Positions 1 through 13,210 of a stretch of DNA of 64,000 bases are shown one piece after another (position 1 is the first letter of the stretch; each line of letters begins with the position of its first letter). The stretch is from Raillietiella orientalis (lineage: Eukaryota), in contig JAYWIR010000015.1 in assembly GCA_036172245.1 (NCBI GenBank), positions 3,906,001 through 3,970,000 on the forward strand, given 5' to 3'. Below the pieces are notes generated by a model. The model did no database searches and was not told the origin of the DNA. It saw only the letters and a program-made list of their open reading frames with translations. The position numbers and the translations under genes were made by a program.

Positions 1-416
1 CAGTACTCAAATGAAGGGATATTTACGAGCTGCATCGAGAACTTTGTATGATAGTGTTCTCAGAATACCTCTTCACAGTACTGATTTGCTGCAATAGTAC
101 ATCAACTGGAAACAAGGGAGCACAGTACTGTTGTATGGGGAAATATGGTATGGGGAGAACCACAAAGAAATAATCCATTCTTTGCATAAGAAAAAGGACT
201 TGCAGTACGAGTCTGAATCAAAGAGCAATTAAAAACGGAAATTTCGGGTTTCTTTGCCAAAAAAGTTTGCGACGTTTAACCTTATCTTTGTGTATCTTAG
301 CACAATGATTTAATGTACTGCTTATTTATTGCTAGATGATAAAAAGAAACTTTCTCCTCTAACCTCGATATGGTTGGTTATTAAAGGGGTGTAGTCTTTT
401 ATCGATCCATCATGGG

Positions 417-473
417 TAAAATTTAGCAGAAGAAAGGACCACATCGGGAGCTGAACGGGCAGTCTTGCAGGAT
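417..473 (+). repeat. 57-bp direct repeat, copy 1 (partner at 2866-2922)
   Basis: taaaatttagcagaagaaaggaccacatcgg(g/a)agctgaacgggcagtcttgcaggat; one mismatch between the copies. Confidence 0.95.
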
Positions 474-849
474 CTATGTAATTTTAGTCAATCTACCATG
501 CAAAATGGTATGAGCAGGTCTGCATTGCGTGGAGTTGATAGCAAAAATTAGTTGTATTTATAAAAAGGAGCAAGAAGAAGCTTTCATTCAAATAGGGAGA
601 AACATAAAACAGATAAAATTATTCATAGCCACTTGAACACCAAAGGCAGTAACAAACCGGGTAACCATATTGTCATAAACAGCTAGTCATTCATGAAGGC
701 TTTAGGATTTTGCCACAAACTCCGGAGTGCTTGCACAGACCTAGAGCTCAAAAGAAGCTTTGCTTTGGAGCATACACTGAGTTATGCTCTTACATCATGA
801 ATACAGTAGATGGAAAAACAAAAATGTATGCAGGTGGACTTCAGTACCG

Positions 850-3090
850 TTGAAGTAAGGATGGAACCCAAGGTACAATCCAGAAAACTTCGATACGAAA
901 ACCTGAAAAGATCACCTCTAAGATGAAAACTCGTGCTTCACAACGCTAACAAACGAGTCGGTGATCAGTAAAGAGCGAAGTCTTCAAGAAATAACTGTTG
1001 AGGCCCTGAAGTAGACATGGATATGCACAGGGAGCAACCACTTTGTTACTGTCAGTTAAATCTGTTTTGAGAGTGAATGCGTATAAAGAATACGAATTTT
1101 CTTTCCTGAGAGGTAGAAATTTGGCTGTTTATTTAAATTCTAAATATGGAAGGTTGATCGGATCCAAAAGTATTTCTCTGTATGCATATTAGCAACATAA
1201 TACTCATTTTTACAGGAGACATGTAGAACATCAAAACGAATCCCTATCCACATGAATTCTTGATTTTCTTCTCCTTTAAAGAAAGTAAACTGGAGAAAAC
1301 CCCAGAGCAGGCAGATGATGTTTTCCCTTTTTCCTTGCCTGCATACATGCTGAGGTCACAAAGATTCTCTTTGAAGATCACTTAGCGGCCCTCATCAATG
1401 TCGAAGAAAGTGGCCACCGCATCGGAAAAGTGCCGATATCGCAACGAAAACTCCTCCAGATGACGGAGGGCTCGGGATTCTCGTATTTCTTGTTGGCCAA
1501 AGTCCATGATGTGGCACCATGAATGTTTTTCGAATCCGAAGGGTTATTCACCGAAAGGTTGGCTTGATGTCTTTGACTTCTCACTTGTAAATGTAAAGTT
1601 GCAAAAGTCTTTTAACCATTTGACTTGGCTGCTCAGTAAGGGCATATCTGCAAACAAAACACCAGTAAATGAAGCTCATTTGAGTTGAAATCCCTTCTGT
1701 GAGCCGAAAACTCATCACATCAGTTCCGCATTTAAGGGTTTGCTTTGCCTAACGACGACGGAGGAAAATTTCCGGATCCCACTTCCCACTTCAATTCCAT
1801 GTTGTCTTCAGGTTTGCAAGGTGGTAGACCCTCAAATCCTAACATTTTGGCAATACAAGATCCTTCTTCGTTAAAAGCTTCCAAGACAAACACGGGATCC
1901 AATGGTTCTCACGAGGAACAATGGTTGCCACTTTGGAATAGGAACAGAATCCACAACGAACTAGTCCACATCTCGCTTAACACACCTGGACAGAAGAGTT
2001 ACTCTGGAGCATCGAATGGAAGGATGACGCCATGGCTGTACAAAGCAGCTGGCAGAAGAAAAAAAATATCAGGAATCTTTGTTGCTACTAACAAAGTGTC
2101 CCAAATTACCATTGTGGTGTACCATGAACCTTAATAATGTGATTTTGTGGTTCTGCCAATGCATAAACGAAAAGATCTAGAGAATGGAATTCTTCATGGT
2201 AGCTAGTTTCGAAAGACCTATGGTGCACAGACCGTTGCCAAATTTTCTCCAGTAATATGGAAGAAGCAACTGCGAGGAAAGCTGCTTCCACTATTCTACT
2301 TTTTGCTTGGCTCAAACACTTCAATTTTCCAGCAAGAACAAATAAATGACTTCAACTGATTTCCATCCGGTGGGTCAAGCTTTCCTACTGAGATGGATCA
2401 GCTAATGGATAAAAAATTTACAACTACCTTCATCTATTTTCCAATCTCTTTTTCGAATTTCAAATGGTTTAAAAAAAATTTGCCTTTTTTGATTACCTTT
2501 AAACTAAACAAAGCAAGCAGCAACACCTGAATGATGGCTGATTTCATTCTATTCTACAATTATTCGTAATTTTGCAATGGTAGGCAGCAGTATGCAATTG
2601 TCCGTGGCGACTGGCTCACTGCAGCCGAGGCAATCAAAAAACTGATCTTGCCGGTGTTCCCCGGATGGAAGATATTGGACCCAGGCTGATGTCTGAAACA
2701 TTCGGAAAATATCGATCCTTCACGGAAACACGTATGTACGGAAGGCCTCAACGATCTCAGACGCGGACAGCACCACACCGCAAAAACTTCCGTTGAGGGT
2801 TCAACCAAACTGCAAATCACGAAAGCACCTGCGCCACTTGAAACCGGATCGATTGACAACCGCAATAAAATTTAGCAGAAGAAAGGACCACATCGGAAGC
2901 TGAACGGGCAGTCTTGCAGGATGTGCAACTTTCAGCATTCGGTAGACCACCGTCTACGCACACAAGCCCACCGGCTCGCTGCTCGATTTTTGATAGTGCT
3001 GGAAAGAAAGCAACTGGACTGGGCATATCGTCTCTTGAGAAAACCCTCCCCCCCACCACCAGGCGTGGTCGAAACCCAATGAAGGCCATT
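850..3090 (-). pseudogene. Decayed coding sequence, copy A of an unidentified family; boundaries approximate
   Basis: Protein-like runs broken by stops and frameshifts (KSRIVEAAFLAVASSIL, LPAALYSHGVILPF, FVLEAFNEEG, LEEFSLRY, HVSCKNEYYVA...RSTFHI) that align by eye to copies B and C. Confidence 0.45.
2866..2922 (+). repeat. 57-bp direct repeat, copy 2 (partner at 417-473)
   Basis: 56 of 57 positions identical to 417-473. Confidence 0.95.
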
Positions 3091-3824
3091 GTGTAAATGA
3101 TGAATACATGATCATTATTGATCTTCGCTTTTCAATTGCGCTTAGGACTGATCTTCGAGCAGCTTTAGATCGAAAATCTTTTCCAATTCATGCAGCTAAC
3201 GAAAGTAGTCGATTTTAGTATTTTTTTTTTTGAACTTGAGTGTCAGAGATCTGGAGGGTCTTCATCTTTGAAAGCTATTGGCCCTCACGAAGTAATGAAC
3301 GCTGGCGAAGTTGAACAAGTATGTATTTCGTCCCCAAACCGCCCACACTTGACAATTTTACGACTTGGAAATCCGTTTCAACATGCATAAGCTTGCAAAA
3401 AAATACATATTATATGGATGAGAAAATATGGACTATGGACGAACGCTACCGACAAGATAACATCCATAAATGCCCAAAGGTGAAACAAGTTTGCACTGAA
3501 TTATACGTATATTTACTATACTATAGTGTGGACACTCTAATTTCACACATGGAGTTTTGTGGTTTTCATGTGATTTCCTTGAATTTCCATTCCTTGATTT
3601 TCCATTGGTTTCAGTTGTCTTCGTTACTGCTGCTGCACTCAATCGCAATCAAAAATCTGCAGAAATCTTCACAATATTGGGGAATTACTAAGATATTCAA
3701 GTACTCTGAAGGCTGTTTAAAGAAACACTTAAGGAAAGACACCAAAAAAAAAAAAAATCCAGACACATTGACAACTGATGCATTTCTGAAACACTGGGAA
3801 CATTCAACAACCGTACTTTACACA

Positions 3825-6800
3825 TTACAATGATGTGCTGAATACTTTGACTGTGTTATCACAAGCACCACTGATCAGATATTCAGGAACTGACCAATCA
3901 CAGCACAGAATTCTATCCTCATGACCATGCATAGTGTATAGTGGTACCTTGTTGCTGTTGAAAACAAAATAAAAAGAGGACTCGGATCCATACAAACCTT
4001 CTAGTATCCCACATCTTCATCAGCTTATCATTGCCACCAGAAAGGAATAGATGCTCTCTCACTGGGCACCATTTTACACAAGTCACCCACTGAGAAGGTT
4101 GTTGAGTATCAGTGAATGATGACTTGACAGCAGATCCTTCTGTTAAAAAAGAGACAGAAAATGAATCAGATTATTCGTGCATTAACCTTTAGATCTGGGA
4201 TCATAAATGCGAATATGGCGGTCAGATGAGCTTGTGAGAAGCAAATGAGCAAGCGGAGACCAATCCACTGAGAAGAAGGATTTGCTTCCAGCAATTTCTG
4301 ATTTTATTCCCCCAATTTCAACATCCCAAATGCGCACAGTGTGGTCCCATGAAGCACTGATGATTTCATTATTGTCACTCCACAGCAAGGATGAGATGGA
4401 TTCTCTATGACCAGCTAAGGAACTGATGGATTCCTGAAGAACACATAAACTTATAATGGATAAATCGAATTTCAAGACAATGAAAGGTCAAGAAAGCTTG
4501 GGAAAACAGTGTCCATCAATAAACAACTTTAAGAAACAATAATAGAATTAAATTAGAGGCAGTCACATGGTCCATCAATACGCTCTAAAGTTGATATTAG
4601 CATTTAATACATAAACAAATGCAGGAAAACGAGATGAGAAAATTTTTTCATGAATTCTCACTATCTAACAAAACGAACTTTTCGTGTAAGCATTATATAA
4701 TCCAAATGCCAGTTGAGAATTTGTTTTATTTATTAAAATCAAGGCCATTTTGAGGATTCTGCTTTAATGAAAGATAATTTTTGGCAGACTTGAATGAAAA
4801 ACAATCATTACAAAGCATAAACAAAGTTGCACATTAAAGTGATGGTATCAATAGAAAATGGGAATTTCTAAAATCAATATTCCAAACATCGTATTTTCCC
4901 TTGAATATTCCAAATGTGCACACATGATTTCCTATTTGTAAGTTTCATTATAAAATTCTCAAGGATGGTACTTTACAACTATCTTTTAAACAATGGGGAA
5001 AAGCTCTGACGAAGTGTTATAAATAAAACTCCTCTTGCTAATATGGTGGGAAAAGTTTGGAACTTCAAGTTAATTTGTCCATTAAGATTGTTTGTGTGCA
5101 TTACAGGCAGGATGCCTTTGTTGGCATGATTCATGGCTAAGGGGAATAATGTGATCTTTTTGTACCTCTAAGCATGTTTACAAGTCTTGCTCGTAATTCT
5201 TATCATTCAAAACCTCTAAATTTATGCAACAATCCCTGAATTTTGTTACCTACTGACTTGACAACAGATGTAAACCACTGTCAGTGTAACGACATTACAC
5301 CTCACTTAAAATTAATTAAATAAATCTGAAAACTGCACAAAAGGAATTTAAAATCTTGGTTTCTTTTTGGTTTTAATGTAAATCCCGATTCCTATTTTCT
5401 CAAAATTTTTTAAAAATCTAGCTGGCAAGTACTCCAAAAATTGTAATGTAAGTAGAATTTCCAGTTTCATGCAATGCAAATGAAAAATTAAAACTGGACG
5501 AAACAAAAACAAAAAAAAGATAATGAAGCACTAAAACGTACAAAAAAAGAACAATGGATAAATAAATTAGAATTTGTAAATAAAGCAGTCTTACTTTCAC
5601 TTTTGATTTAGGATCATTACTTTTCACCTTTTTAGAAGAGGGCTCTTGCTTTTCATGGTCATCTATATTTTGAAGAAAAAAGATTAATGATGAATGAAAC
5701 AAAATAAATCAAAACAATACTTACCAATGGACCAAACTTTCATGGTGGTGTCCCATGATCCTGTGACAAATAGTTCTCCTGAAGGCTGTACTGCTAAAGA
5801 GTCAATACTTCCATTATGACCACTGCATATCCATAAACTATCAGCAGTTTTATTATCACAGTCCCAACTCCAAATGATGGCTACTTGGTCATGACCACCA
5901 CTATTAACAAGCATAAAAAAGCTCAAGTAAAAAAGTCTGCAAAACTATGAACTCATGGATATTTTGTCAAAAAGAATTAAAATGAAATATAATCATCATT
6001 GTAAAATTTTAATCTTCAATAGATTACCATTAAAATTCCCAACTTTTATTCAAGAAAAATCATGCACACTCAAGTAATACTGTACAAATAAAGCTTGCTC
6101 CTTATTGTTCTAGCATGCACACAGATAAAACATACACAGCAAACGAAAATATACTTTGAAAAAGTTTAGGGGATTCCAACTGAAATCTAAATAGAACAAT
6201 GAAATAAACTAATGATGGTATTTTCTAACACATTTATATTATGATTAGCAAATAACTTTGCTTTGAATTTTTGATTACAAAAACAAAAATATGAGAAAAT
6301 GCTTCTCCTTTCACATACCTAATGAACAAACAGGGCTCTGCTTTTTTTCCAACCCAACTAACAGCTCTGACAGCCTTGATATGGCCCAGGATCCTTTGGA
6401 GACAATTACCCTGTAGGTCCCATAGGTAAACTGCTTTATCATAACATCCAGCTAAGATCCTGAAGATTATATCTGAATGATACCTGAAATTTCTACTTTG
6501 ATTTTTCCTACCAATTTTCAAACAGGTGAACAGCACTCACCCAATCTTGATGAGGTAGATTGAGGAAAGGCTGAGGAGGAGCTTCTTTTAGGAGGTATTC
6601 TAATTCTACAATAGATTCTGAGGATATCTGTTTTTCTTTCAAGTGATCGTCCAATGAACCCAATAAATATTCATTATTTACTAAGAACACATAATTCTGA
6701 TCTAACCACGAATCTCGAGTATCTAAATTCTGAATTTCAATCTGTGAGTTTCAAACTAGATTACCACTATACCTTTTAAGAGATGATTGATAATGGCACT

Positions 6801-7507
6801 TAGCTCAACATCAGTAACAGATGCAGGAACTGACAGGGGATAATCGGGAACAGCTATGCTGAAACAAATAAAACCCTTATACTTCTCCACACTTTTTTAA
6901 TACGAGTAGGCAACCATTTCAAAAGCTCATATTGGCTATGCTGTGAAAAATATTACAAACATGATTTCAAGGCCTGTAATTTTTATCACTATTAATTCAA
7001 AGACTGCCTATACTGTGCAAGGCCAAAAAGTCTACTGAATTAAATTTTTATGGAGTATAAATAAGTTTTCAAAGTATATGTTTGTTTACTTTTATCGATT
7101 ATAAATAATCATTTCGCATGGTCATTTCTCATCTCAATTTTTCCTGGCTTCCCTCTAGTTTTAACTTATGAATACATTCTTCACAAAATCCATCAAATTT
7201 TAAAACTTAAATCGAATTTCAAATAGCTCTAATACTTTTTTTCATTGTGAAATTTTCATCATCCGATTTTCAAGGACAAATATTAACAATCTGAGTTGTA
7301 CACTTGAAGATATACAAGAACATACACATTTGCAAAAAGTTAAAGTAATTTAAAATCTTCCTAGTATTAATACGGTGCATCATTCACACCATCGACCCAT
7401 TCAAAAAATGCATAAACACTCTTGTTGCTTTACTTTGCATGGACTTACCTCAATTGTTTCGTAAGAAATTTTACTTGCAATTGACTGTCAGTCTCCTTTT
7501 CAGCCAT
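3825..7507 (-). CDS. WDR12: Ribosome biogenesis protein WDR12 (Ytm1) homolog, 9 exons, 419 aa
   Basis: Exons 7507-7449, 6858-6773, 6722-6512, 6459-6319, 5900-5725, 5662-5595, 4433-4187, 4139-3998, 3954-3825, all GT-AG, total 1260 nt. N-terminal NLE/ubiquitin-like domain ([19 protein letters not shown]...FLVNNEYL), then HQDWVSAV and WD40 repeats ([54 protein letters not shown]). Confidence 0.96.
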
Positions 7508-8899
7508 GTTTGACACTGTTAAAGAATTCAAAACAAGTCTCTCATAATTGTTCTCCCTTTACAATTTATCACATGCAATATTTCTTTCCTTCATTGCTTC
7601 CACAAACGCTTTCCTCGTGCTACGCTCACAGTTCGCAAGCTCCCAAGGCTGATTGCCAACACGTGGAAGTCATCTCACAGAAACACTTTGCCATATTTAG
7701 AATGCGTTTTTTTTTTTTTAATTTACATGCATCAGTATTGCATAAAAACGAAAAAACAAAAGCAATGTTCAAAAGTTTTCTTAATTAACCTTGTGATCAC
7801 TGCATGATCAGCATTCATAAATATTGAAGCGATATTGAAAATGTGAAGAACCAACATTTTAAAAACTTTATTTCCTTGGAAAGAATCCCAAGTTCCGGAT
7901 ACTTTCTAATTAGAAGTACATAACTACATTTGCAATTCACATTTCTTTCCATTGGACTTAATTGATGTAGTTTCAACCCAGAGAGTTATGTGTAACCCCT
8001 AACAGTCTTTAGAAACTGAGAATCCCGATTGCTTGTTTGTAACAAAAAAACCATCCTGTAGAACTTTATTACCACTGATTTTGAATAACTGCAATGTATC
8101 ACGTATTTCCTTATTTCACAGCAAAAAAAAAAAAGAAATCAAATAAATCGACTGAGTCCGTTTACTACAATAGACACAATGTTTCATAAAATCCAATAAA
8201 AAACAGAATTGACTCTTTGTAAACAACTTTAATTTTACAATATGCATAGCGAATCATGGGTGCAAGTACAAGAAAAAAAGTTGTGTGAATATGAATGAAA
8301 GCAAACAAGGCTCTTACAACATTTAGGACAAGTACGAAACTTTTCATTTGAGCTATTTACCCAGAATTCTCTTTTAATGTATCTGTATCTAATAGAATTC
8401 CTAAATGGAATCAATTAATAAAACTCATCATTAAATAGTGGAGCACTTTAAAATTCCAGAAGTCATTAAGAGGGCAAAATAGACTCCACCATTTCTGAAT
8501 GCCCCGTTTTTCGTCGATTAAAACATTTCTCATCTAAACTTCTGTCCATTGCACTGTACTTATTCATAAAAATTATTTTATGTGGAAAATCATGCTCATG
8601 ATATCGAGAACAAAACTTTCAAATTGTTATCTTACGAAGGTAATCGATACGAATCTTAAGAATGAATCGATAATTACGGAAACACTGTTTCATTCTTGTA
8701 TCCATTTAGGAACAATTATCTGTGTTTCTCGGAGACTTGTTTCCCAATATAGGGATGTATATACCTGGTGTATTCTCTAGTACTAAAGATGTTAGCATGT
8801 TTCGAACTCCTGCTGAAGACGTTAAGACAAAAAAACTTTGGAGATGAGTCCAGAATTTGAGCTAATTATTCTGTCGATTCATTGCTTAACTGCTTAGCA

Positions 8900-10800
8900 T
8901 TAATATACCTTTCAGAAGAGTAGGGAAAAGTGAAAGAAGGAAGAAAAGAGACAATGTTAATTTTACATGATGTCATGATTTTCGGTTACCATGGGAGAGC
9001 ATCTGCAGATGCTAATCAAACGTCTGAGAGATGTGAGAAAGACGATACGGATATCGGGGATGCAGAGGGTTTGTTATCAACGTATCCTTGGTTGGATCAG
9101 GCTTCAGGAAGTCATCAGCTTCCCTATGAGTGCATGTCACATCCGCATTTCTCAATCACACGTAGAAAAAATAACCGTGATAGAGGCAGGATGATCATCA
9201 AGTGACTGTTCCAGACCCAGTTGTATTCGGAGTTTCTTTTGTATAAGAAAACGAATCTGCATCAGTAGTGACATGTCCTCTAATTTTGAAATTCCGGAGC
9301 CATGCCAAGGGAGATTGAGTACCTTTCCATGTCTTGAGGTTTCAATTTCAATTTTCAGAAAGGCTGCTCCTCAAATAATTGTGACCAAGGAAATTCCCTA
9401 ATGAATAATCTGGGAAGAAAGACGAGTGTGCTCCGTCTTTGCGAGCTATTGTCCTTTCTCCACTTGCCATCCCGTTTACACCTGCAAAGAAAAAGACTGC
9501 TGCCCATTTCTGAAAATCCACTTCCTTAGTGCTTTTGCGTTTTGTTTATCTTCTCCACTTCAGTTTCTGTACAAAAACCATTGCTTCTTTTGTTTTCTGT
9601 ATTTATTGAAAAGGATGAAAACAGATCTACGTGAGATTCATTTCTCATGAGTAGAAGAAGAATACAAACTCTTCGGGAGCAGCAGGGACAGAGATATGAG
9701 CTCTACCCGAATCAAACGGAAATCAAACTCCAGCAATCGCCTGAGTACTCAGGTTGCTATGTTGGATATAGAAGAGCCACTTCTGCACTGCATAGTGCCT
9801 TTCCCTTCCATTCTTGGATGGATGAACAAAATCTGACGAGATGAGCACGTCCAATGGACCTGAGGACTTTCAGCACTTCACCATTTCTCTTGATCTTCAA
9901 TGAGAAGGGCGGTTTCTCGTATACGGGATAGAAAGGTGATTTCAGAGGACACTGCTGCGTCCCCGGAAATCACCTTCTTTCCATTGTATTTGTTCTTTGA
10001 GGTCACGAGAGTGATCTTGTCTTCTCTTCTCCAAGAATGAGAAAATGATTATCGGGCAAGTTCCATGAAAGAGATTTTGAGCGCAGAAGCGGTACAGTCA
10101 GAGAGGGCAACGACTGCACAGCATTTGGAGGTGCAACCCTTCATTTCCATTCCACTTCATTTTCCCCATCCTGGTGCTCCTCCAGTGTACTATGAGTTTA
10201 AAACGATGATGGCGAATTCAGAGAAGCGAACAAAATTCTCAAGAATGGAAGCCAAAAAAAAAAAAGATGGGCGCGAAACAAACCTGAAAGTGCGAAAAAC
10301 GCCATAACGAGACATTTTTTTTTATTTTTTAGATGACCCAAGGGGAGAGCACATCCGGTTCTCTCTTCTCTCTGTTTAAAAGTTGAAACTGGAATCCTAA
10401 TGAAGAAAAGACACTCCAAAATCTAGAATTCGCAGGAATTTTTAACCGATCAGTCTTAAGCTTTTTATTCCAAAAATCTGATTTTCTGCAACGTATTCCG
10501 AAGCCATATTCTCTGAAACCGCAATTCCATTCACTTCTCTTCAACGGTCTCATGCAAAGAGAACACAATTCTGAAGAAACTGGTGCATTCAAGCATGTTA
10601 GTGAATACTACGTGGCTCTTCAAAAGAGACGCATCCTTTCATACGATGTGGATTCCAATAAGCGCTCATTTACTTTTCACATTGATCTGAAGTCTTCTAG
10701 ACCTAAACGTCACAGTTGGCATATACATATTTACATATCTGTGCATGCAACGAAGATCATCAGAGAACACGAGGTGCATGTAGTCCATTGCTAGTAGAGT
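8900..10800 (+). pseudogene. Decayed coding sequence, copy B of the same family; may extend to ~12.2 kb
   Basis: Fragments QLYSEFL, QRYELYPNQTEIKLQQSPEY, FLLIFNEKG and HVSEYYVA...RSFTFHI are colinear with copies A and C. Confidence 0.4.
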
Positions 10801-13125
10801 ATAAACAGATTAGTTTCTATCACCATATTTTAATGATTGTTACCGAAAAATCCAATGCATTTTCATTAATTTGGAAAAGGTTACATTTCACTTGAACATG
10901 GCTGTTCAGCCTTGCAGCCCGTTTTATGAATTCTGAAATGCTCTCAGCTGACGAGTTTTCACTTAAAAAGTCTGTGAGCTGATTTTTTAATGGGGGAAAT
11001 TCACAAGAGAGTTAGTGAATCAGTTTTTTAGAAGTCAACTCTGTGGCAAGAAGTAAGAATTGCTGAACTGCCGCACAATGAAAGAGGACTGAAGTGAAGG
11101 TTTTATTCATAGACGCTCTGAGAACAGGGTTCAAGATGTTCCATCAAGGAGTTGCCTTTTAGTGGACTTGTAGAATAGAAGCAGAATCTGGAGTTCTGCT
11201 GAGTTCTTTTAGAACGGTCATGGGGACCCTGATCCGCATATGGTCTAAGGTCTGATTTGGACTCTGAAAACTTTTTGGAAAATGGGAATCACCTCCTCAG
11301 TAGGAGTCTCGTTGTAAATCCATTACTTAATTTCGAAGAAAGCAATCGATGTTTATGAGGAATAACTTACGGTCACAGAAAGGAGTGCGCCATTGTACAG
11401 GACGTTAGTTCTTGGAATAGATAGTTTAAAGATACTTGTGAAAAGCGTACTTGTGAATTCATGTACTTCAGTAAACTGGTTTTCATTTCAGGATTTCAAA
11501 AATATTTTAAATCTATATGAATCTGCCTCCCTTCCTAAAACGCCACATATTGGTGATGGGAAGGAAAGAAATTTGCGAGGAGAGCACCAGCGCTGTTATT
11601 CAGCCTGGACTTCAGAATTGTACTTCGTAGGAGTACGAAGGTGCTCGGTTTCTTATGAATCCGTTGCAACCATGAAAAAATGTGTCATGGAAAAGGATTT
11701 ATCCGCACGGTAAAAAGAGATCGAAAATGTTGCTCCTGAAACTGTAACACGAAAGTGCGCACTTTAAAACAAACACTGGAACTGTAACAGCAGTCAATGA
11801 AAAATCTCGGATCGCATAGCATATGGTGTGTGCAAGCTGCACAATCAGTGGAGTCGTTGCTGAATATCTTAAACCACAATCGTAAAGAAGAACTTATAGC
11901 TGTTGAGATCCAAAGCAAGCACACGGTCCTTTGAAAAAATCAGTTCGTCCCTCAGAGCTGTATCTGAAAGAATTTACGGGGTGGAGACTCATAATTGATC
12001 GACTCGGTGTCTGTGAAGTGCAAACATCTTTCTTCGCTTTGACAGACTGATGAGACAACAGACAGCTGATACCGCAAATACAGCTCAGACGTCGATTTTT
12101 TATTAGAGCATCGAACAGAGAAATGATCATTTTTGAAGCTCTTCGTCGGTAAATTCCGCTTCCAGGATCTACAGCCAGACGAACGCCTTAATGAACACTA
12201 AACCAAAGAAAATTCAAATAAAGTATCACTAAATGCAACTAATTAATTTAAGTGGTTCCCATTAAGAACCACTAAAATTAATTTTCCATAAGAAAAACTC
12301 GCTTCATTAGTAGATGAGCAATGTGGTCGCCTCAAAGGAAAATCAAAGTTAATCAGGAGTGTATCAGACGTCAGGAACACCTGTGCTCCCATTAGGCATT
12401 CTTTCAGGGCTGTCGGTGGTACCTAAGTGAACAAATCCAATTAAAGGCGTGGTCTTAGTCATCGTCGATTTGAACAGCTGTCATCACAAGAAATGAGTAC
12501 CTTCTGTATTGTCCCCTAGGGTGACTCAGTAAGGGTGAAGGGTTAAAGCATCATTGGGAACTCAAAGAGGTGTTGTTTATGGACATGGGAAATTGTCCGA
12601 TCCCCGAAATAGTAAAGGACGGTTGTGGTGTGTGACCTAGCATTTCTCGTAGGTATCACATCCGCCACACTGCAATCAAAGCATCCGGCGTCTGATGTGA
12701 GAGATGCTGAGGAATGTCAAAAAACTCGAAACGAATTCGAAAAGAATCTGAAAACAGGCTTACAGCATTTCATGAAATTCGGATAAAACTCCGTTTTCGG
12801 TACAACCAAGGAATAACTCTTTCAAATTTTCATCTTCAGTTGATCGATGATCAGTTGTTGTTGATTCAAGCTGATGATTGAATTTGAAGTGAATTCAGCT
12901 CACTTCAACTAGCTGAATTTTCTCAGATCACTGCTTTTTTTTCTTTCTTTTCTTCAGAAAATCACCCATTTTTAAAAGGACGTGCCTCAAAATGGGCTCT
13001 CTATGAGAAACTACATGTCGATGCAAATGAATACTTTCGCAAAAATGATCCTTGCAAATTGTAAAGACTCAGATGAAAAGCTCCAGAGCCATCTCATTGC
13101 TGACTCAGAATTCCGTTCTGATGAA

Positions 13126-13210
13126 AACATGTAGGCTCAAGAGAAGCAAAACCTTGCTTCTCTTGAGCCTGCGTGTTACCTGTTTCTGTTAAACCTTGTT
13201 AACAGAAACA
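13126..13210 (+). other. Two adjacent strong hairpins
   Basis: 13126-13149 pairs with 13154-13177 (22 Watson-Crick + 2 G.U, loop AACC). 13181-13192 pairs perfectly with 13199-13210 (12 bp, loop ACCTTG). Confidence 0.85.

Noticed and set aside
3321..3833. 170-aa plus-strand ORF
   Set aside because: Antisense to the WDR12 3' end, contains a poly-A run, and shows no recognisable protein features.
4434..7448. Intronic C/D-box snoRNAs in WDR12 (LARP7 introns also checked, including for a nearby 7SK or U6 gene)
   Set aside because: Only isolated TGATGA boxes without a suitably placed CTGA and terminal stem; no recognisable Pol III RNA. An Infernal scan is needed to exclude them properly.
12500..12550. 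aagggtgaagggTTAA as a piggyBac or MITE-like end
   Set aside because: No matching opposite terminus found nearby.
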